A stretch of 64,000 nt of DNA, from NCBI RefSeq assembly GCF_009914755.1, contig NC_060947.1; one strand, written 5' to 3'. The notes under the pieces were generated by a model. It was not told the origin of the DNA. It saw nothing but the letters and a program-made list of their open reading frames with translations, and made no database searches. The number at the start of each line of letters is the position of its first letter. Within the stretch, counting starts at the first letter, position 1. The DNA comes from the human T2T-CHM13v2.0 reference genome, Homo sapiens. The translations under genes were made by a program, and so were the position numbers. Of the stretch, positions 56,920 through 64,000 are shown one piece after another.

Positions 56920-57090
56920 AGAGGTTTGCACATGGGCCACACATTAGAATCACCTGGGGAGTTTCTAAACAACATGGAGGCTGGGACCCCTTCTCCCAAA
57001 GATCCTGTTTGCATTGACCTGGGTTGGGGCCCAGCCTTAGGCATTTATTCACGCTCCCAGGATAAGTGCAGCTAGTGGTAAAAATCATTG
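56920..57090. mobile_element. MER5-like hAT MITE fragment
   Basis: cacattagaatcacctggggagttt...ggttggggcccagc. Confidence 0.55.
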
Positions 57091-58284
57091 CTGTAAAGCA
57101 CATACAGTGTGTTTGAAGTCAGTTTCTGTCTCCTAAACTAAGAACTTTGTGAGGGCTTATTTCATAGAGCTAAGACCAGGCAAAAGCTAGTCTGAATATT
57201 TTTTCCATGCATCTATTCACTGAAAGTTCTTAAGCTTCTCCTTATTGACCCTTGAAATCATTGACCAAGGCACCTCTGCATCTCTGAGCTGTGCACTTGC
57301 ATCTGAATTCTCTGAGCACTTGTGTTCATGACCATGGTGGCTAAGGGTCTCTAAGCACACCACAAATGGAAAGATTTTTAAAGCTTCTTTCAGGGAGAGG
57401 CATCTTCCTCTTGAAGTCAGAAAAGAAAACATCTCATGTTAGTCTTCACCATTCATATTTATACATAAAACAATTCAAATCCTTCCCCATCACAAGCTTG
57501 AAACATTAATGTTTAATCTCTTCTCCAAAATATGGAACTTTCTTGTACTCTACATCAGAAAAATTGTTGGGGAGAAAGTGGGGGTGTTGTCAGAGGCTGA
57601 TCCTTGTGTGCATATAAAAAAGTTCATCTTTTTCCAATTAAGAAAATGTTTCCTTAGCAACTATGCACCTATATTACTCATTCCTCCTACTTTGAAGTTT
57701 GTATTTGTCTTCAGTCTTTCCTCTATCCATTAAAACAAAATCCATTCTTCTTCACATTAAGTAGTCATGACTTGATTTCCACGTGTAGAATTTCTCATCC
57801 CAAACCCTGAAGAAGTCTAAAATTTGATGATCCAACTCTTTGTACTTGACATTTGTGTGCTATCTTCACTAATTCATTGAGTGATGGAGACTTTGTGGTC
57901 CCTATTTGTTTGCTGCTTCTGACTGCTGCATTTGGGTTTCACCTCTATTAATCCTTGGTTTTCCCAAGGGATTTTGCTTTCTCTGTCCTTCTGGCTCTTG
58001 GTGTACAGGGCTGTTTCTGTCAGAAAATTATGCTCCTGCCATGGTCTCCCAGAACCCAAGGTGAACCCTATCGCTTGGCTGCCATCCTAGAACAGACAGC
58101 CTTCCATTCCAGGGTTGGAACTAGGAAAGAGATTGCAACCAGTGAGAAGACATTTCCTCTGCTACTTCACATCCGTAGACGTTTATGTGAAGCTGACATC
58201 ACCCCAGCTCCAGAGGTGGTCGTGAGACTCAGGACCAAGCCAGACAGCCCAAAGAGTAAAGTGGTTTATATTTGGGAAAGGGGC

Positions 58285-58450
58285 AAGACTACCCAGGTTT
58301 TACTCTCTGCTTTACCACTTATTAGCTCTGGGACATCATCTTTATATGTCTCACTACCTTCTTCAGTAAAATAGACACAATAATAATGCCTATCGCATGG
58401 GAGAAATGCTTAGAACCATGTTTGCCACATATTAAGTGCTTGATAAATAG
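58285..58450 (+). mobile_element. MIR fragment
   Basis: ccacttattagctctggga...taataatgcctatc...tgcttagaaccatgtttgccacatattaagtgct. Confidence 0.65.
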
Positions 58451-58469
58451 TTTTCTTTTTTTTTTCCCC

Positions 58470-58851
58470 AGGGCTTTATTCAGAGATGAGCTAAAGACCA
58501 AGTTGAGCCAGTGAGAATGAGAAATCAGACTTCTATGAAGGCTTTTGGAGAAGACTCTGTCTCTCTTTCCCGCTGACCTTAAATCAGGAAAATGTAGGTC
58601 TGAAGCCTACATTTTGGCCTCCTATGGGAACCTGAGCATAAAGCCAACATAAAGAACAGATCAAAAAGATATCAAAGTAACAGCTGCTGGTGACAGGCCT
58701 CCTGCTCCTGGGCTTACCAGTTAGCTGAGCCTGAAGCCAAATTGATCCTTGCACTTTTCATTTGCTTGTGACAGTTTAATCCCTTTTTGGTTCTAACCCA
58801 GTTGGAATTGGACTTTCTGTCACTTGCAATCAGAAGATCCTAACTGATTCA
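58470..58851 (+). mobile_element. Old MLT1-type LTR, 3' part
   Basis: cctgaagcca...ccagttggaattggactttctgtcacttgcaatcagaagatcctaactgattca. Confidence 0.6.
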
Positions 58852-59073
58852 GGAGTCAAAGATAAAATGTCTTTGGAGCTGATAGCTAAACATTTTCCAG
58901 GATTCCTCGACCTGCATTACCAAAGTAATTACTTGTATGGTATGTAAAATCTGGTCCATTCACTACTTCCCACAGCTGGCGAGTACAAGCAGGAAGGGAA
59001 TTGTATCAATACAACAGGAAATCAAACTCAATTTTGGATGACTTGAAAAAAGTCTGTTTACAAAGAGATTATT

Positions 59074-59554
59074 ATTTTTATTTTTTTATTTATTTTATTT
59101 TATTATTATTATACTTTAAGTTTTAGGGTACATGTGCAGAATGTGCAGGTTAGTTACATATGTATACATGTGCCATGCTGGTGTGCTGCACCCATTAACT
59201 CGTCATTTAGCATTAGGTATATCTCCCAATGCTATCCCTCCCCCCTCCCCCCACCCCACAACAGTCGCCAGAGTGTGATGTTCCCCTTCCTGTGTCCATG
59301 TGTTCTCATTGTTCAATTCCCACCTATGAGTGAGAACATGCGGTGTTTGGTTTTTTTTGTCCTTGCGATAGTTTACTGAGAATGATGATTTCCAATTTCA
59401 TCCATGTCCCTACAAAGGACATGAACTCATCATTTTTTATGGCTGCACAGTATTCCATGGTGTATATGTGCCACATTTTCTTAATCCAGTCTATCCTTGT
59501 TGGACATTTGGGTTGGTTCCAAGTCTTTGCTATTGTGAATAGTGCCACAATAAA
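59074..59554 (-). mobile_element. L1PA3-like 3' end, 5'-truncated
   Basis: cccattaactcgtcatttagcattagg; TSD aaagagattatt 59062-59073 / 59552-59563. Confidence 0.94.
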
Positions 59555-60460
59555 GAGATTATTTACAAAGCTATGGAGAACATATCACAGGACTGGGTGC
59601 AGGGAAGCTGTTTCTATTCCTAAGCCTGCAGGGATAAGGTGAGATTGAGATTCCAGAAAACTGGAAAAAGAAAACCATATAGAAAAACCCACCTATGAAG
59701 AAAACATTGACCTTCAACAGGAATCCTGGAAGTATCAGAAGAAATAAGAGGGGGGGAAATCCATCCTGCTAGGGCTCCTCATTGGCTAAATTGGAAGGGA
59801 GATGACAAAGTGCAACATCAAGAAAGGTGCAGGATAGATCTGGAGAGGCAACGGGAAGATCCCAGCCCAAGGACTTGAATGGAACTGTGCTGCTTCTGAC
59901 TCCCTCCATAATCCCCCAAATTTTAATTTCTACCATATTTGATTCTATAAAATTTTCTGATGAATTCATTGAAAGAGCCAATATTTGGGGCCTACAAAGA
60001 ATCCAGCATAGTATGTTTTCAACTAACCATACTCTGGAAGACAATGATAAATTTGAAGCTGTCCACAGAAAAACAGTGATCATAAAAATAACTTCAGTAA
60101 ATGGAAAATTTTTTCACTATAAATTCATTATAAGGGGACTAAATAAAATATTGTATATATGCTAAATTGAATATCATGTAGCCATTCAAAGGATTGGGCT
60201 GGATTTATGTATTGATGAGGCTAGGTCTTAAGTATGTTATTATGTGTGAAAGCTAGGTACATAACAATGTATACAGTATGGTATTTTGGGGGGTAAAAAC
60301 AAGGAATTAAAAAGAATTCTATAAATTGTCACTCTATATTTGAAGTTTTTACTACATACAAGTATTATCATTTTCCAAAAATGAAAAAAAATGAGCAAAC
60401 TTTTAAAAAACTAAAGACAGACAAGAATCGATTGTAAGTCATTTAAAGATAATTTCTAGA

Positions 60461-60625
60461 TCAGTGATTCTCAAATATAAATGTGTATACAAATTACCAG
60501 GGGATCTTGCTAAAATTCAGGTTCTGATTCAGTAGATCTGAGATGGGGCCTGAGATGTTGCATTTCTAACAAGCTTCTAGGTGATGCTAATGCAATGGAT
60601 CACACTTCCAAGAATTAGACTCTAG
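60461..60625. mobile_element. MER5A
   Basis: cagtgattctcaaa...ttctgattcagtagatctgagatggggcctgaga...tgcatttctaacaagct. Confidence 0.85.
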
Positions 60626-60627
60626 AC

Positions 60628-61615
<988 letters not shown>

Positions 61616-61680
61616 GTACTTAACACAAATTTTTTAATTTAAGGCTTACAAGTACCCTATAAGTCATATACAACTATCAT

Positions 61681-62992
<1,312 letters not shown>

Positions 62993-63627
62993 TTATCTCT
63001 ATTTTAAAGATGAAGAAAACTGAGGCTTAAGGAAGCTGATTTACTCTCTCAAAGACAGGACTACAATTTGAATCTTCTTCGATTCAACAAAGACCACCAT
63101 TTATCATTTCATTATGTGAGGCATTATTATGGAAAATACAAAGCTGAATGAGATAATAGTGCCTGCCCTTGAGGGCTTCCAGTGACACTCTGACATAGGT
63201 CAAAGAGATAGCATGAACTGATTCAGAAAAGGTAGTGGCTTTTCCATGGTCATAGTTTACTAGAGTATTATATTTAAGAAGGACTAGAACTCAGGTTTCC
63301 TAACTACTACTCTACTTATCTTTCCCCTGCTTTTCAAACATAAAGGAGATACTGATCCTCTTTTTCTTCAAGATTCCTGAAGCATCCCTTCGTTTTATTA
63401 CTGTACATGTATTTATATTTCTGTGTTTATGTATTTATATTATACATAAACAAAAACTTAGATCAATTAAATTCCCTCCCCTACTATGGAAGAATGACTG
63501 TTAGGTAGTGTTAAGTAGATCAGAAACAACTGCTTTTCTTCAATGTTTTTGATCAGTTTAAAAATTTTCAGAGGTATAGATTTTACCTTTCTTGAATTGA
63601 ACAGCCCCCTTGCCATTCTTCAACACT

Positions 63628-63923
63628 GGAATGTCTAATATAATGTGAGCACATAGGTAATTTGAAAATGTCTAGTAGCCACATTTTAAAAATGTTTAAA
63701 AATGGGTGAAATCAATTTAAATGATAATATCCAAAATATTATAATTTCAACATGTAGTCTACAAAAACAAATATTACTGAGACATTTTATATTATTTTTT
63801 CTTACTCCATTTTCAAAATCTGGTGTGTATTTTGCATTTATAGCACATCTCACTTCAAATTAGCCACTTTGCAAGTACTTGATACCCACATGTGATTGGT
63901 GGCTACCTAATTAGACAACATAG
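63628..63923. mobile_element. MER33 (hAT-Charlie)
   Basis: tataatgtgagcacat...tctagtagccacatt...tccaaaatattataatttcaacatgta...gcacatctca...gtggctacc. Confidence 0.85.
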
Positions 63924-64000
63924 CTTCAGCAAGTACTCTGGGTGTACATATCAAGATTCACCATCCCAAATCTGAACATATCTCATCACCTTGCTTAATA

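Noticed and set aside
57955-58374. 139-aa ORF
   Set aside because: Non-ATG start, runs into a MIR, no recognisable homology.

Overview
Hominid (most likely human) non-coding DNA, AT-rich and dominated by interspersed repeats: L1 of many ages, Alu, MaLR/ERVL/ERV1 LTRs, MIR, L2 and hAT/mariner MITEs. I found no host-gene exon, CpG island or RNA gene, and every long ORF is L1 ORF2, Alu-derived or a tandem-repeat artefact. Main observations: (1) a young L1PA2 whose target-site duplications (TSDs) enclose about 0.6 kb of extra DNA containing old Alus and its own polyA signal, i.e. a 3' transduction; (2) a ~3.3 kb AT island (32.7-36.06 kb) of palindromic 30- and 39-bp minisatellites, enclosing a ~180-bp cassette of 4-5 consecutive hairpins whose left end is duplicated with a break at a palindrome centre; (3) two twin-primed inverted L1s; (4) an old L1 with both ends but no RT domain; (5) two very short retrotransposed tails. 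Subfamily calls come from remembered consensus motifs, not a database search, and boundaries of old repeats are approximate.
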